Source: a virus. Taken from it: a stretch of DNA of 64,000 nucleotides. The translations under genes were made by a program, and so were the position numbers. The notes below the pieces were generated by a model. That model made no database searches, was not told where the DNA came from, and was given only the letters and a program-made list of their open reading frames with translations. The stretch's first letter is position 1. Every line of letters starts with the position of its first letter. The stretch lies in the IMG/VR virus record IMGVR_UViG_3300009149_000011, positions 1 to 64,000 of that record; one strand, 5' to 3'. Of the stretch, positions 27,105 through 36,636 are shown one piece after another.

Positions 27105-27983
27105 TTACTTAGCGTCTAAATGTTTCATAACAAGAGTTAACTTAGGCATCAATCTCTCAATAATATCAGCTTTAGTATGTTCTTCCGTATTTCTTTTAGG
27201 GCAAGAGAAAATCTTAGCTCCTCTGTTCCCATATTTCCCTGTATGCCTCTTATCTGATTTATACATTCTGAATCCTAATCCGTCATCAACAGAGTCTATT
27301 AGAGTAAATGCGAAATCATCGGCAAACCACCTATCTTTACTATAAGTGTATTTTACATCAGGGATTGCATCAGAAACTTCTTTTAACAAATCTGATCCAT
27401 ATAAAGGAGTGGTTTTCAAATACCTTAACACGTCTATGTTGTAGTCCCTATTCACGTAATTACCATCTGTATTAAACCAACAGAACATAATACTACTCCA
27501 TTTACCGCCTATATCCGCTTTAACGGAAATGCCATTCCATGTGGAAACTTCAACTCTATGAGTTTTACAACCCACCTTTCCAAGAGCATCATAACATTTA
27601 TTGACAGTTTCCTCACTCCCATAAACTTCTAATCTTTCATATCCATTCTTAAGAAGTCCGAAATTATAGTTCCAATAAGTCCCCACTGGATACAAAGAAT
27701 TGATCTTATCAAGAAGATCTTTCTCTCTAGCGCTAGTGTAATCCTCTTTGTCTATCGTAAAGAATTCCCCTTCAGGACTCTTGCATAGATACTGAGTTTC
27801 ACTAAGCTCTTTGTCTATAACACAGCCTTTGCCGTATCTCCATTGAGAAAAAGAATCATCATCAAGTTTTACCGCTTTGATTTTTGACACTAGATCTTCA
27901 TCATGATTTTTGAATACAGTGCGTCCACTTTCCTCAATGGTGGATACAACTGTTATATTGTTATTTTTTTCTAAAGTCTCCAT
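27105..27983 (-). CDS. hypothetical protein
   Basis: 292-aa ORF. Confidence 0.7.
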   Translation of the reverse strand: METLEKNNNITVVSTIEESGRTVFKNHDEDLVSKIKAVKLDDDSFSQWRYGKGCVIDKELSETQYLCKSPEGEFFTIDKEDYTSAREKDLLDKINSLYPVGTYWNYNFGLLKNGYERLEVYGSEETVNKCYDALGKVGCKTHRVEVSTWNGISVKADIGGKWSSIMFCWFNTDGNYVNRDYNIDVLRYLKTTPLYGSDLLKEVSDAIPDVKYTYSKDRWFADDFAFTLIDSVDDGLGFRMYKSDKRHTGKYGNRGAKIFSCPKRNTEEHTKADIIERLMPKLTLVMKHLDAK

Positions 27984-29068
27984 TACTTAATAATCGATTT
28001 ATGATATCTAAAATCTTGACCATCCTCAATAGACAGTAATGAGTAATAAATTAACTCGATCACTGAATCAACATCTGTTATTTGAACCGTCTCTACAGAC
28101 GTGTGCATGTACTTCAATGGAAGTGATATCAATTGACATGCTACTCCTCCGTTAGACTTGTAGAACGCTTTTGTATCTGTTCCTGAGTTTCCGTTATAAG
28201 TACCTCTTTGGAATTCAATTTCATTTTCTTTAGCAACATTCAATATTTGCTTGTGTAAATTCAATTGAATATCTGCTCCTCTAAAAACCACTGGCCCTTT
28301 ACCTGATTTAGTGTCTCCAGCAAGTTTTGCATTTAAATGAGGAGTGTGAGTGTCATGACAAACATCTGTAATAATTGCAACGTCTGGTTTAATTCTATTA
28401 GCTACCATTTCGGCTCCAACTAAACCAATTTCCTCTTGCACAGCATTAACTATGTATAAAGAGAAAGGTAGCTCTACATTTGCCTTTTGAAGCTTACGAG
28501 CAACTTGAGCAATCATATATCCACCAATTCTATTATCTAAAGCTCTACTAATGTATTTACCCTTTCTTTCTTCAAACGAAGTATCATAAACCATAGGGGT
28601 TCCTACAAATATACCCATTTCTTCAACCTCTTCTTTAGAGTTGGCTTCGACATCTACGAAAAGAGTGTTTGGTTCTGGCTGTACCGCCCCTTCACCTTTT
28701 CTCTCATGTATTGCTGGCCATCCAAAATGTCCCGCAACAACCCCGTCTTCTCCAAGAATTTGAACTTTCATACCTGGAGCAATATGATGATCAGAACCAC
28801 CATTTCTAACAACAGATATAAATCCATTATCATCAATGTGATTTACCGTCCACCCAATCTCATCAGCATGAGCTTCGATGACAACTTTATAATCTTTGCC
28901 TGGATTAATAATTCCCCAAGCTGATCCATATACATCAGTGTCAACCTCATCTACAAATTGTTTAATGTAGTCAATCCAAATAGCTTGACCTTCCATTTCC
29001 ATACCCGTTGGAGACTTAGCGTTTAAATACTTTTCCAAAAACTCATTTGATTTCTTATTTTTCTTCAT
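27983..29068 (-). CDS. M42 family aminopeptidase (TET/FrvX-like)
   Basis: AHADEIG, ALDNRIG, QEEIG, TDV, GTDT, YMHT metal-ligand motifs. Confidence 0.93.
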   Translation of the reverse strand: MKKNKKSNEFLEKYLNAKSPTGMEMEGQAIWIDYIKQFVDEVDTDVYGSAWGIINPGKDYKVVIEAHADEIGWTVNHIDDNGFISVVRNGGSDHHIAPGMKVQILGEDGVVAGHFGWPAIHERKGEGAVQPEPNTLFVDVEANSKEEVEEMGIFVGTPMVYDTSFEERKGKYISRALDNRIGGYMIAQVARKLQKANVELPFSLYIVNAVQEEIGLVGAEMVANRIKPDVAIITDVCHDTHTPHLNAKLAGDTKSGKGPVVFRGADIQLNLHKQILNVAKENEIEFQRGTYNGNSGTDTKAFYKSNGGVACQLISLPLKYMHTSVETVQITDVDSVIELIYYSLLSIEDGQDFRYHKSIIK

Positions 29069-29552
29069 CTTCTTTTAGGTTTTTACTTTTTAAAATGATT
29101 GTAACACTTGAAGGGTATACTAAATTTTCACCCATTCCTATATCAAAAAAATCACGTTCATTAGGAAAGCAATATCTAAAGCTTTCCGCGTAATCGTTCT
29201 CTTTATACATTTTTGCGGCAATCATTGGATCTCTGAGAACTTCGTTATAATACTCTCTTCCTCTTCCAATAATCTCACTAATTAAATCGTCCCCTCGCTG
29301 TCCACCCATTCCAAATAAAACGGAAGGAGAGCATTTTAACCACGCTTCATAAATAGATTCTAACATTTCTCTATGATATATTTCCAATACGGACAACATC
29401 TCTTTTGGTATATTTTGATTTTTTTTATACTTAAAAGTTAGGTGAGTCCGTATAGATTTATAGTTATCATTGACACCTTTTTTCCACCCGATTTCTTCAA
29501 CCAGATTCCAAAAAACTACATTCTCTGGACACATATAGAACACCTTTCTCAT
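29055..29552 (-). CDS. hypothetical protein (DUF4240-like)
   Basis: FWNLVE...IIGRGREYY.EVL.DP...ESFRY pattern. Confidence 0.6.
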   Translation of the reverse strand: MRKVFYMCPENVVFWNLVEEIGWKKGVNDNYKSIRTHLTFKYKKNQNIPKEMLSVLEIYHREMLESIYEAWLKCSPSVLFGMGGQRGDDLISEIIGRGREYYNEVLRDPMIAAKMYKENDYAESFRYCFPNERDFFDIGMGENLVYPSSVTIILKSKNLKEDEEK

Positions 29553-30041
29553 TTAACTAAATTCTGTGGTATCACTTATTCTTAAACCATCAATATATTC
29601 TTCTTTATGATAATTGATAAAATGGTTACCACTAGGATTTGCTTTGTAATAACTCTCTAAATCCCACCCATCTGGATATCCCCACTCTAAAGCCATTTTA
29701 ATAAACTCATCAGACTCCAACTCTTCACCGTATTCATTTATGACTCTACCAGATTTAATGAAATCTATAAGAGTCTTTTTATCTGAGTAAAACTTGTTTT
29801 CGTGAAAATTCCAAACGAACTTCCACCCTGAAGACCTCTTTCCTAAATGGATAGACATTCCTTCTTTAAATTTATGCCATGGACTTATTTTATCCCAATC
29901 GGATTCCCATGCTCCAATAGATCGAAACCCTTCTCTTATAGAGTTTGAGTCTATAGGCATTTCATTGATATCGTCTATCAATACCTTTTTTCTTTTTAAA
30001 ACATCTTCCTCTGTAGGAATTCTGTAGTAATTTGTACCCAT
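29553..30041 (-). CDS. conserved phage protein (MGTNYY...HLGKRSSGW...EFS)
   Basis: Recurrent phage motif pattern. Confidence 0.7.
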   Translation of the reverse strand: MGTNYYRIPTEEDVLKRKKVLIDDINEMPIDSNSIREGFRSIGAWESDWDKISPWHKFKEGMSIHLGKRSSGWKFVWNFHENKFYSDKKTLIDFIKSGRVINEYGEELESDEFIKMALEWGYPDGWDLESYYKANPSGNHFINYHKEEYIDGLRISDTTEFS

Positions 30042-30095
30042 AAGTTAAAGTTATAGAAATTATTTGATAATAACACTTATGAAGTGATCTAAAAT

Positions 30096-30287
30096 TTATT
30101 TTTCATCAGCAAAATACCACACGGCAAAATATATCAAAAGCAAAACTTGGCTATACATAGCGCACCCTAGATAAACTAATAGGAACAAAACTCGTAGCAA
30201 AGTACTGTCAACCCCAATCTGATTAGATAATCCTCCAAGCACTCCGCCAATCCATCTGTCGTTTGTTGTTCTTTTAAATCTACTCAT
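30096..30287 (-). CDS. pspC: PspC-domain membrane protein
   Basis: R...DRWIGGVLGGL...GVDSTLLRVLF...LLIY..VW. Confidence 0.85.
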   Translation of the reverse strand: MSRFKRTTNDRWIGGVLGGLSNQIGVDSTLLRVLFLLVYLGCAMYSQVLLLIYFAVWYFADEK

Positions 30288-30673
30288 TTCTTCATTGCTT
30301 TTCTTTTCTCTTTTAATTTCTTAACGGTATACTCCATATGATCTAACATGTCATCAAAAAACTCAGTGTGATTTTTCATCAAGTGTTCAGTATAGCTAGA
30401 ATAAGCGCTTATTTCACAAACGGTGTTACCCATGTGAACATAAGTAGTGTGTGCGTCAGCATGTTTAGGCTCTTGGCATATAGTCATATTAGCATGGCTG
30501 CCTAATCCAAATTCTTTATCTGAAGACATGTTACCTCTCATGTTTCCGCTACAAGCGTTTAAAACGTTTTTAGCAAACTCTTCTGGATGCTTTTTAATCT
30601 CATCTAAGGCATCATTCCTTATAGTTATAGTTGTTAAGAATCCCATATCTTTATATTTCGCCAGTTTCAACAA
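30284..30673 (-). CDS. hypothetical protein (start probably MGFLTT)
   Basis: GF.TTI.I.NDAL..I...P..F; HAD motif. Confidence 0.65.
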   Translation of the reverse strand: MLKLAKYKDMGFLTTITIRNDALDEIKKHPEEFAKNVLNACSGNMRGNMSSDKEFGLGSHANMTICQEPKHADAHTTYVHMGNTVCEISAYSSYTEHLMKNHTEFFDDMLDHMEYTVKKLKEKRKAMKK

Positions 30674-30962
30674 ATTTTTGTAACACAGGAATTAGTTCGG
30701 CAACTTGCTCTTGCGTCAAATGCATTCTTGTACTTAATAAAACGTCTTCTGGAATAGGAAATGGAACCCAGCCTGTAGTCTCCTTTGTTTGGACTCCATG
30801 CTTAGCGGCTTGATTTGCCATTATTTTAGGGTCTGCATTATCAATGCCAAACCATATAGCATCCTCAAACGCGAGACTGCTTTTCTGCAATGAGCATTCT
30901 TGATTATATCTATCTTTAAAATTAAAGATAGAAAAACCTCTGTTCGTTTTTTCTTTTTCCAT
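30651..30962 (-). CDS. conserved phage protein
   Basis: RGF...FKDRY...CSLQKSSLA...IWFG...RMHLTQEQV. Confidence 0.75.
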   Translation of the reverse strand: MEKEKTNRGFSIFNFKDRYNQECSLQKSSLAFEDAIWFGIDNADPKIMANQAAKHGVQTKETTGWVPFPIPEDVLLSTRMHLTQEQVAELIPVLQKFVETGEI

Positions 30963-31017
30963 AAGACGTTTTATTATATAACGTCGAAGTTAAGGAAAAT
31001 GTTGCAATAAAAAAAGT

Positions 31018-31443
31018 TTATGTTATTTGTTGAGTCTGCCCATCTTGTTGATAAGCTTTCGGGATTTCTCTTCCTTGAGGGAAAATGTATATTCCCTTCT
31101 TTTTAAGGAGAGCATTGGCTATCTGTAAAATCATGTTACCCCCAGGCATAAATTGGAAACCTAGCAAATTAAGAACTTTAACAAAATCTATGCTCTTTTC
31201 TTTAAGGAATTTGATTTCTTCCGCTGTTATTGTTTGATCTTTAAGGCATGATAAAATAATCTTAGCCGCTATAATGTTTTCAACTTTAGCTCTACCAACC
31301 GCCTTTCTAAGTTCTCCAGCTTTTTTGATTACCATCTTTTTAACATCTATCTTCTTAAGAAAATCGCTAATCTTCCCTTCATCTAAATAAAAGTCCGCAA
31401 TCTCTTCTTGGATAATCTGTTGTATTCTAGCTTCGGTAATCAT
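31018..31443 (-). CDS. IIQEE-motif protein (putative internal head protein)
   Basis: Start reassigned to ATG 31443 (MITEARIQQIIQEEI); TATTTAT just upstream. Confidence 0.6.
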   Translation of the reverse strand: MITEARIQQIIQEEIADFYLDEGKISDFLKKIDVKKMVIKKAGELRKAVGRAKVENIIAAKIILSCLKDQTITAEEIKFLKEKSIDFVKVLNLLGFQFMPGGNMILQIANALLKKKGIYIFPQGREIPKAYQQDGQTQQIT

Positions 31444-31500
31444 GTCAATAAATATGACCAAAAACATAAAAAGCCCTCCAAAAAGGAGAGCTTTTTTAAA

Positions 31501-31715
31501 TGTAAAGTGAGCTTAGCCAAGCTTCTGTTTTAATCCATCATTTGTCTGAGCCTCTACCTTGTCATTATTGCCGCGAAGGAACCCCGACTAGACTGTTATG
31601 AGTTGCACACCATGTTGCGGAAGTGTAAGCGAATTTCTTCTCCTTCCTCCTTCGGATGTGGCCTGAGCTTCCTCTTAATAATTTACTTATTAAGCGATGA
31701 ATTCTCTTCTTTACA
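31501..31715 (-). ncRNA. rnpB: minimal RNase P RNA (~215 nt)
   Basis: P1 TGTAAAG/CTTTACA, P2 TTCATC/GATGGA, P3 hairpin, GAGGAAGCTCAGGC...ACAGAAGCTTGGCT (P4 with bulged U), P5 CAC/GTG-CAA, P6 CGAAGGA/TCCTTCG, L15 GGTA, AGACAAATG; terminator 31469-31498. Confidence 0.82.
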
Positions 31716-31866
31716 ATTTCCCTTTAACTCTATCAATTCTTGCTTAGTCTTATTGTGACTAGTTCTCTCCGCGTGAAAGGCAAACATATACATAAGTCCA
31801 CACACTCCAGCAATTATCAAAGGAAATGTTAAAGGATTAATTTGCTTTTTATTATTCATAACTTTT

Positions 31867-32658
31867 TTATTTAAATAACCAATAAAACCAAACCGCTTTC
31901 TTACCTATAGCTTTATAGAACTGATACTTAGTTAAAAATTTATCATTTATCCACCATTGTTTATCTCCATTGGAATATTCAACGGCTGGACCATCTTCTC
32001 TGTGATATAATCCATTGAGATACCATTTTTTAGTTCCATCAGCATTTTCAACGGCGGGACCATCTTCTCTATGCCTTTCTTTGTTGAGATACCAAGCTTT
32101 ATCTCCATTGGAATATTCAATAGCTGGACCATCTTCTCTATGAAGATTTCCATTTAGGTACCAACATTTATATCCATTGGAATATTCAATAGCTGGACCA
32201 TCTTCTCTATGCCTTTCTCCATTCAGATACCAATATTTACCCCCATCGGCATATTCAATAGCTGGACCATCTTCTCTATGCTTTTTTCCATTGAGATACC
32301 AACATTTATATCCATTAGCATATTCAATAGCTGGACCATCTTCTCTATGTAGATTTCCATTGAAATACCACTCTTTATTTCCATTGGCATATTCAATAGC
32401 AAGCCCACCTTCTCGATGTCTTCCCCCATTAAGGAACCATTCTTTGTCTCCGTTATCATATATGACAGCTGGACCATCTTCTCTATGAATCTTTCCATTT
32501 AGACGCCACTCACCACCCAAATCACCTTTCTTTTTGAAGGCATGTTCTTCTACAATTGGCACGCTAGTGGGTACGGTATTAGATCTCTCTTCAAACTCTT
32601 TCTGAGTTATTATAAGACCTTCCCATCTATAAATTTTTCTTTGTGTACTATCGCTCAT
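31867..32658 (-). CDS. HREDGPA-repeat protein (~8 tandem 23-aa repeats)
   Basis: LHREDGPAIEYANG.K.WYLNG repeated; 69-nt DNA repeat. Confidence 0.85.
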   Translation of the reverse strand: MSDSTQRKIYRWEGLIITQKEFEERSNTVPTSVPIVEEHAFKKKGDLGGEWRLNGKIHREDGPAVIYDNGDKEWFLNGGRHREGGLAIEYANGNKEWYFNGNLHREDGPAIEYANGYKCWYLNGKKHREDGPAIEYADGGKYWYLNGERHREDGPAIEYSNGYKCWYLNGNLHREDGPAIEYSNGDKAWYLNKERHREDGPAVENADGTKKWYLNGLYHREDGPAVEYSNGDKQWWINDKFLTKYQFYKAIGKKAVWFYWLFK

Positions 32659-33617
32659 TATGATTTCAGTTTAATTCTTGAATAAACTACCGCTTCTCTT
32701 TTTTGAAATTCGTAATAGTGTTCTATTTCCCAATCTCCTGGAGAAACTTCTACAGTAAAAGCTGAATATCTCTGCTCATCACCAGCATCATCTAACGTTT
32801 TCTGATCGGCACATTGCCATCTCCAAACATCACAACAAATATCCCCAACAAGATCAAACCCTTCAAACACTTTCAAATCTACAGTTTCTAACTCTTTCAA
32901 CCTTTTTCTATTTTCATCTCTAGCTTCATCTGGACATTCTTCAATAAACCCTCTTAAGTCTTCAATCTGATCTTCTATATAAGGGTCTCCAATTAATATC
33001 TCCTCTTTTTCTTTTGAGTAATAAACATTTACACTCATATTTCCCAGTTGTCCATACCCAACATTCTTTGACGCCAGGTGTTGCATTAGTTGGTTACGAC
33101 CCATTATATCATTAATAGAATGATAACCTTCTTCTTTCATATCATACAACGAATCAGTTATAAAGAAATTGTCAAATACCAGTTTTCCAGTTGGCACATT
33201 AATGGTAGCAGTTAATTTTCCAGCATCAATCAATGGAGTCGCTTTACATGGCTGAAAATCACTTGGAGATAGAGTGAAATCTTTTCCATTCTCTTTTCCT
33301 AAATTATTAAAATCAGTTACATTGAAGAAACCTAAAGTTTTTGCATCAATCATTACCAATGAATTCCTTCCCCCACAATTAAAGCAATAGTTATCATAGG
33401 TGTCGTGAATAGGGACTCCTATCTTGATGTTTTCTATAAAGCTTTTATAGAAGTTGGAAATTTCTTCGTTATTCTCCCTCTTTTCAATCATACTCTCAGT
33501 GAACTCAACAACTCTTTCCAAGTTGTCTATTACCGAATTTGTAAGATGCCCTTTCTTATCTAAGACAATACTTCCATCTTCAAGTCCTGCTATGATTTCT
33601 TTAACGCTAATTCCCAT
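32658..33617 (-). CDS. hypothetical protein
   Basis: CFNCG; GQLGNMS; CDVWRW.CAD. Confidence 0.7.
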   Translation of the reverse strand: MGISVKEIIAGLEDGSIVLDKKGHLTNSVIDNLERVVEFTESMIEKRENNEEISNFYKSFIENIKIGVPIHDTYDNYCFNCGGRNSLVMIDAKTLGFFNVTDFNNLGKENGKDFTLSPSDFQPCKATPLIDAGKLTATINVPTGKLVFDNFFITDSLYDMKEEGYHSINDIMGRNQLMQHLASKNVGYGQLGNMSVNVYYSKEKEEILIGDPYIEDQIEDLRGFIEECPDEARDENRKRLKELETVDLKVFEGFDLVGDICCDVWRWQCADQKTLDDAGDEQRYSAFTVEVSPGDWEIEHYYEFQKREAVVYSRIKLKS

Positions 33618-33626
33618 CTCTGTTAT

Positions 33627-33950
33627 TTAATATAAGTCTTCACTATATAATTGATTTCCGTAATTCAATTTCTTTATCTGACCGCATCCTAAAGCTATAG
33701 CAGTTCCTTCTTTGCGATCAACAAATCGATTTTTACTGGTAATAAAACCATCTTCCCAAGCTCCAGCTTCCGCCTGTCTCAGTCCCGTAATAGCATTCAT
33801 TGTTCTAATGCATTGCAAATGTCTATGTCCACAAAATGTGATTCCAGATTCTATGTTCACAGGATTAACTTGTTCATTTGGAACATCTTTTTTAAACTCT
33901 AGCTCTTTAAACCAAACGGCTGAGCATGCTATATATTCTTGTTCAAACAT
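33627..33950 (-). CDS. conserved phage protein
   Basis: CSAVW...G.RH..C...GFITSKNRFVDRKE...LYSEDLY. Confidence 0.75.
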   Translation of the reverse strand: MFEQEYIACSAVWFKELEFKKDVPNEQVNPVNIESGITFCGHRHLQCIRTMNAITGLRQAEAGAWEDGFITSKNRFVDRKEGTAIALGCGQIKKLNYGNQLYSEDLY

Positions 33951-33951
33951 A

Positions 33952-34254
33952 TTAACTTAACCTATCTGGAGTAAAAAGCTCCTTATCACATGTGTGAACT
34001 TTAATTGTTGTATAACTAGGAAACTCAGAACCCCAATATTCATTTGAGAATTTCATTTCCGCATGATAAGCAGTGCTGCTTAATACAGGCACCATTATCC
34101 TTTGCCCTTTTGTATATAAAGGCTGTTTGTTTTTTAAAATAAACCAAGCGTCTTCACAAATCTCTATTTCTACTACAAATATTCTTTTAGTTTTTTTCTT
34201 TTTATCAAAAGCCATATCACATAAATATTTTAAATTGTTCAACAAATATTTCAA
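33952..34254 (-). CDS. hypothetical protein
   Basis: Co-oriented ORF. Confidence 0.55.
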   Translation of the reverse strand: MKYLLNNLKYLCDMAFDKKKKTKRIFVVEIEICEDAWFILKNKQPLYTKGQRIMVPVLSSTAYHAEMKFSNEYWGSEFPSYTTIKVHTCDKELFTPDRLS

Positions 34255-34256
34255 AA

Positions 34257-34793
34257 CTATTGCACACTATAGGCTCCATCTTTTCTTACTAAGTGAAATT
34301 CTTCATCATCATCTACACCATAGAAAAACTCTTCTTCCTCTGCTTGTTTCAAAACTGACTTGAGCCACATTTTTGTATTAAGAGTATTAAAATAATCTTC
34401 TGATTCTGGATCTACTCTAACCGAAAGATTGCCATCTTCTTCAATCTTAGCTATAAACATCACCCCCTCTAATGCTCTATCCCCGCAACCTTCAAACATA
34501 GCCTCTTTTCTCGGCTCAATTCTCTCTCCTTCTATTTGCCAATCTTCTAAGAGTCCAAAATAATCATATGGACCCTCTTTCCCAGGCTCTATATCTACTT
34601 CGAAACTGTCTGAAAACCCCTCTCCATATCCATAGTTTACTCTAATCTTGTTTTCAGATACAATATCAAAACCTTCATAGTAAGCTGAAGTTACATTTTC
34701 TTCGTTAAACTTTTTCTCAGCAAAATCATTAACAATGTTTTGTTGATCTTTAACTGATATAAGTTTTTTTAAAGCTTTATTTAATTTACTCAT
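34257..34793 (-). CDS. acidic hypothetical protein
   Basis: 178-aa ORF. Confidence 0.65.
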   Translation of the reverse strand: MSKLNKALKKLISVKDQQNIVNDFAEKKFNEENVTSAYYEGFDIVSENKIRVNYGYGEGFSDSFEVDIEPGKEGPYDYFGLLEDWQIEGERIEPRKEAMFEGCGDRALEGVMFIAKIEEDGNLSVRVDPESEDYFNTLNTKMWLKSVLKQAEEEEFFYGVDDDEEFHLVRKDGAYSVQ

Positions 34794-34806
34794 AATATTA
34801 AGAGTC

Positions 34807-35313
34807 TTATATTAAATTAATATGTCCAACAAATATATCAAAACTATCGCACACCACAATCTTTTCCCTTTCTTTTTTTACATAAACGATAGAGTCTAAA
34901 ATATCACGCCAATGAGCTCCAATCAAAAACACTGGAGGAGCATCTTTCTTCTTGCGAATAATATCCCAAATTAAGAAGAGTTCAGCAAGGGTTCCAACCC
35001 CCCCTTTTTGTACCACAAACAAATCAGCATTCATCAACTCTCTCAATCGATCAAAGATATCCTTAGCGGGCATAACTATATCTAAATAGTCATTACCCTT
35101 CAAGCTGCCAAAAGATTGACAAGTGACCCCTATAACATCGGCTCCACCCTCTTTCCCCCCTTTAGATACGGCTTCCATAAGCCCAGAGTAACCTCCAGAT
35201 TTAATTGTATAACCTTGCTCCGCTAATAACTTCCCTATCTTTATAGTATCTTTATACTCTTTCGTTGTAGTGTCATTAATTGCGCCACCAAACAAAGTTG
35301 CTACCTTTCCCAT
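34807..35313 (-). CDS. LOG family (SLOG) nucleotide phosphoribohydrolase
   Basis: SGGYSGLMEAVSKG...R...GGVGTLAEL. Confidence 0.88.
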   Translation of the reverse strand: MGKVATLFGGAINDTTTKEYKDTIKIGKLLAEQGYTIKSGGYSGLMEAVSKGGKEGGADVIGVTCQSFGSLKGNDYLDIVMPAKDIFDRLRELMNADLFVVQKGGVGTLAELFLIWDIIRKKKDAPPVFLIGAHWRDILDSIVYVKKEREKIVVCDSFDIFVGHINLI

Positions 35314-35315
35314 AT

Positions 35316-36041
35316 TTATGCTTCTACTATATTTCTATTAAAATGTTTTTCCAATAAATCTCCCACCTTGCTATTAAAATCTTCCTCGTAATCATGAAAT
35401 GAGAACCAATGCATAAATGCCATAGCAACAAACTCCCTAATGTTGAGCGCGCATCTTAATCCGCAATAACCCATTTCTTTTATTTTAGAATCATTTGTTC
35501 TATTACTCGCAAATAAACCCATTGCGGACACTATGTCGCCATTGAAGCCTGGATCTACCCCTATCTTCCAAGAGGAATCTTCAGATTCATGATATTTATA
35601 GCCAACAGCTTCAATCATTTCTCTATATTCATCCTCAAACTTTTTATATAAGTCTAAGTGACAATCTAAAGCGTGAGTATACTCATGTAAGAAAATTAAC
35701 TCCCAACCATACTGTCTATCTTGCCTTGATGATACTGGGTGGAGTTTTATAGTTTTTGTTTCTATACAAAAACCGCCTGGAGCATTATAAGGCATTTCGC
35801 CCATAGCTATTATCTTAACCGCGTCTGGGTTGATATCCATCTCGCATGAATGTTCAAAATCCGCAAGCATCTCCTCTAATAATTCAACATTCTCTGGAGA
35901 ACCAGCTAAAACAATTCCATTAGGCAAAGTTTTTTGAAAAGGCTCTGTCCACTCGTCTTCATATTTGAATATTAAGCCTTCAACAAATGAATCATATTTT
36001 TCTAATTGAGTTTTATTTTTCATAATTCTATAACTTATCAA
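35316..36041 (-). CDS. HExxH zincin-like metallopeptidase
   Basis: FLHEYTHALD plus distal EFVA. Confidence 0.6.
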   Translation of the reverse strand: MISYRIMKNKTQLEKYDSFVEGLIFKYEDEWTEPFQKTLPNGIVLAGSPENVELLEEMLADFEHSCEMDINPDAVKIIAMGEMPYNAPGGFCIETKTIKLHPVSSRQDRQYGWELIFLHEYTHALDCHLDLYKKFEDEYREMIEAVGYKYHESEDSSWKIGVDPGFNGDIVSAMGLFASNRTNDSKIKEMGYCGLRCALNIREFVAMAFMHWFSFHDYEEDFNSKVGDLLEKHFNRNIVEA

Positions 36042-36225
36042 TTAAAATTCTTATAATTAAAGCTAGCGCCACATCAACAAGATACAAAGGCCAAAACTTA
36101 ATGACCATCTGCATTTGAGTTAATTCTGGATTGTTAAACCAAAAAACTATCGGTATCATTATCAAAAATAGGATAATTATAATCACTATAACTACTATTA
36201 CGGTTAAAGGTTTCAAGTTTTTCAT
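36028..36225 (-). CDS. small membrane protein
   Basis: Two TM helices around NPELTQMQ. Confidence 0.65.
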   Translation of the reverse strand: MKNLKPLTVIVVIVIIIILFLIMIPIVFWFNNPELTQMQMVIKFWPLYLVDVALALIIRILIDKL

Positions 36226-36350
36226 ATTATCTTATATTTAAAAACACTTATTTTAAATTCCAGTTACCTATATAACGAAAAAAGGCAACAATTTGTTGCC
36301 TTTTTAGAAATTTAAAATATGTAACCTAATATATACCTAAACAGATGTGA

Positions 36351-36632
36351 CTATTTAAAGCTTTGATTGAATCTGTATATAATCCCTCTATTTGTTTCAG
36401 GTTCACACTTCTCAACGTCCTCCAACTCTATCTCTTCACTATAAATATCTCCATTAAATCCTATTATATGGATCTCCGCAAAATCTTCTATTTCTGCAAA
36501 TATAAGACAACTATCAAATTGACTTGTAGCCGTATAAACTCCAGGGCTGTGAATAAACCCTCCTACGTTGGCTGTTGGATATCCACATTTAGTGGATAAT
36601 CCCATACCTCTTTCTACTTTATATTTTTCCAT
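36351..36632 (-). CDS. riboflavin kinase-like small protein
   Basis: G.G....GYPTAN, PGVY, EIHI.GF.GDIY motifs of the RibF C-domain. Confidence 0.75.
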   Translation of the reverse strand: MEKYKVERGMGLSTKCGYPTANVGGFIHSPGVYTATSQFDSCLIFAEIEDFAEIHIIGFNGDIYSEEIELEDVEKCEPETNRGIIYRFNQSFK

Positions 36633-36636
36633 TGTA

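Noticed and set aside
31614-31622. CCGCAA inside the RNase P RNA as part of the CCGCAA/TTGCGG network
   Set aside because: It is partly buried in the GGAAG/CTTCC stem, and a single 6-mer match can be chance.
31867-32658. 69-nt repeats as a CRISPR array or DGR template/variable pair with 11461-11946
   Set aside because: They are in-frame coding repeats with no unique spacers, and there is no reverse transcriptase or cas gene in the window.
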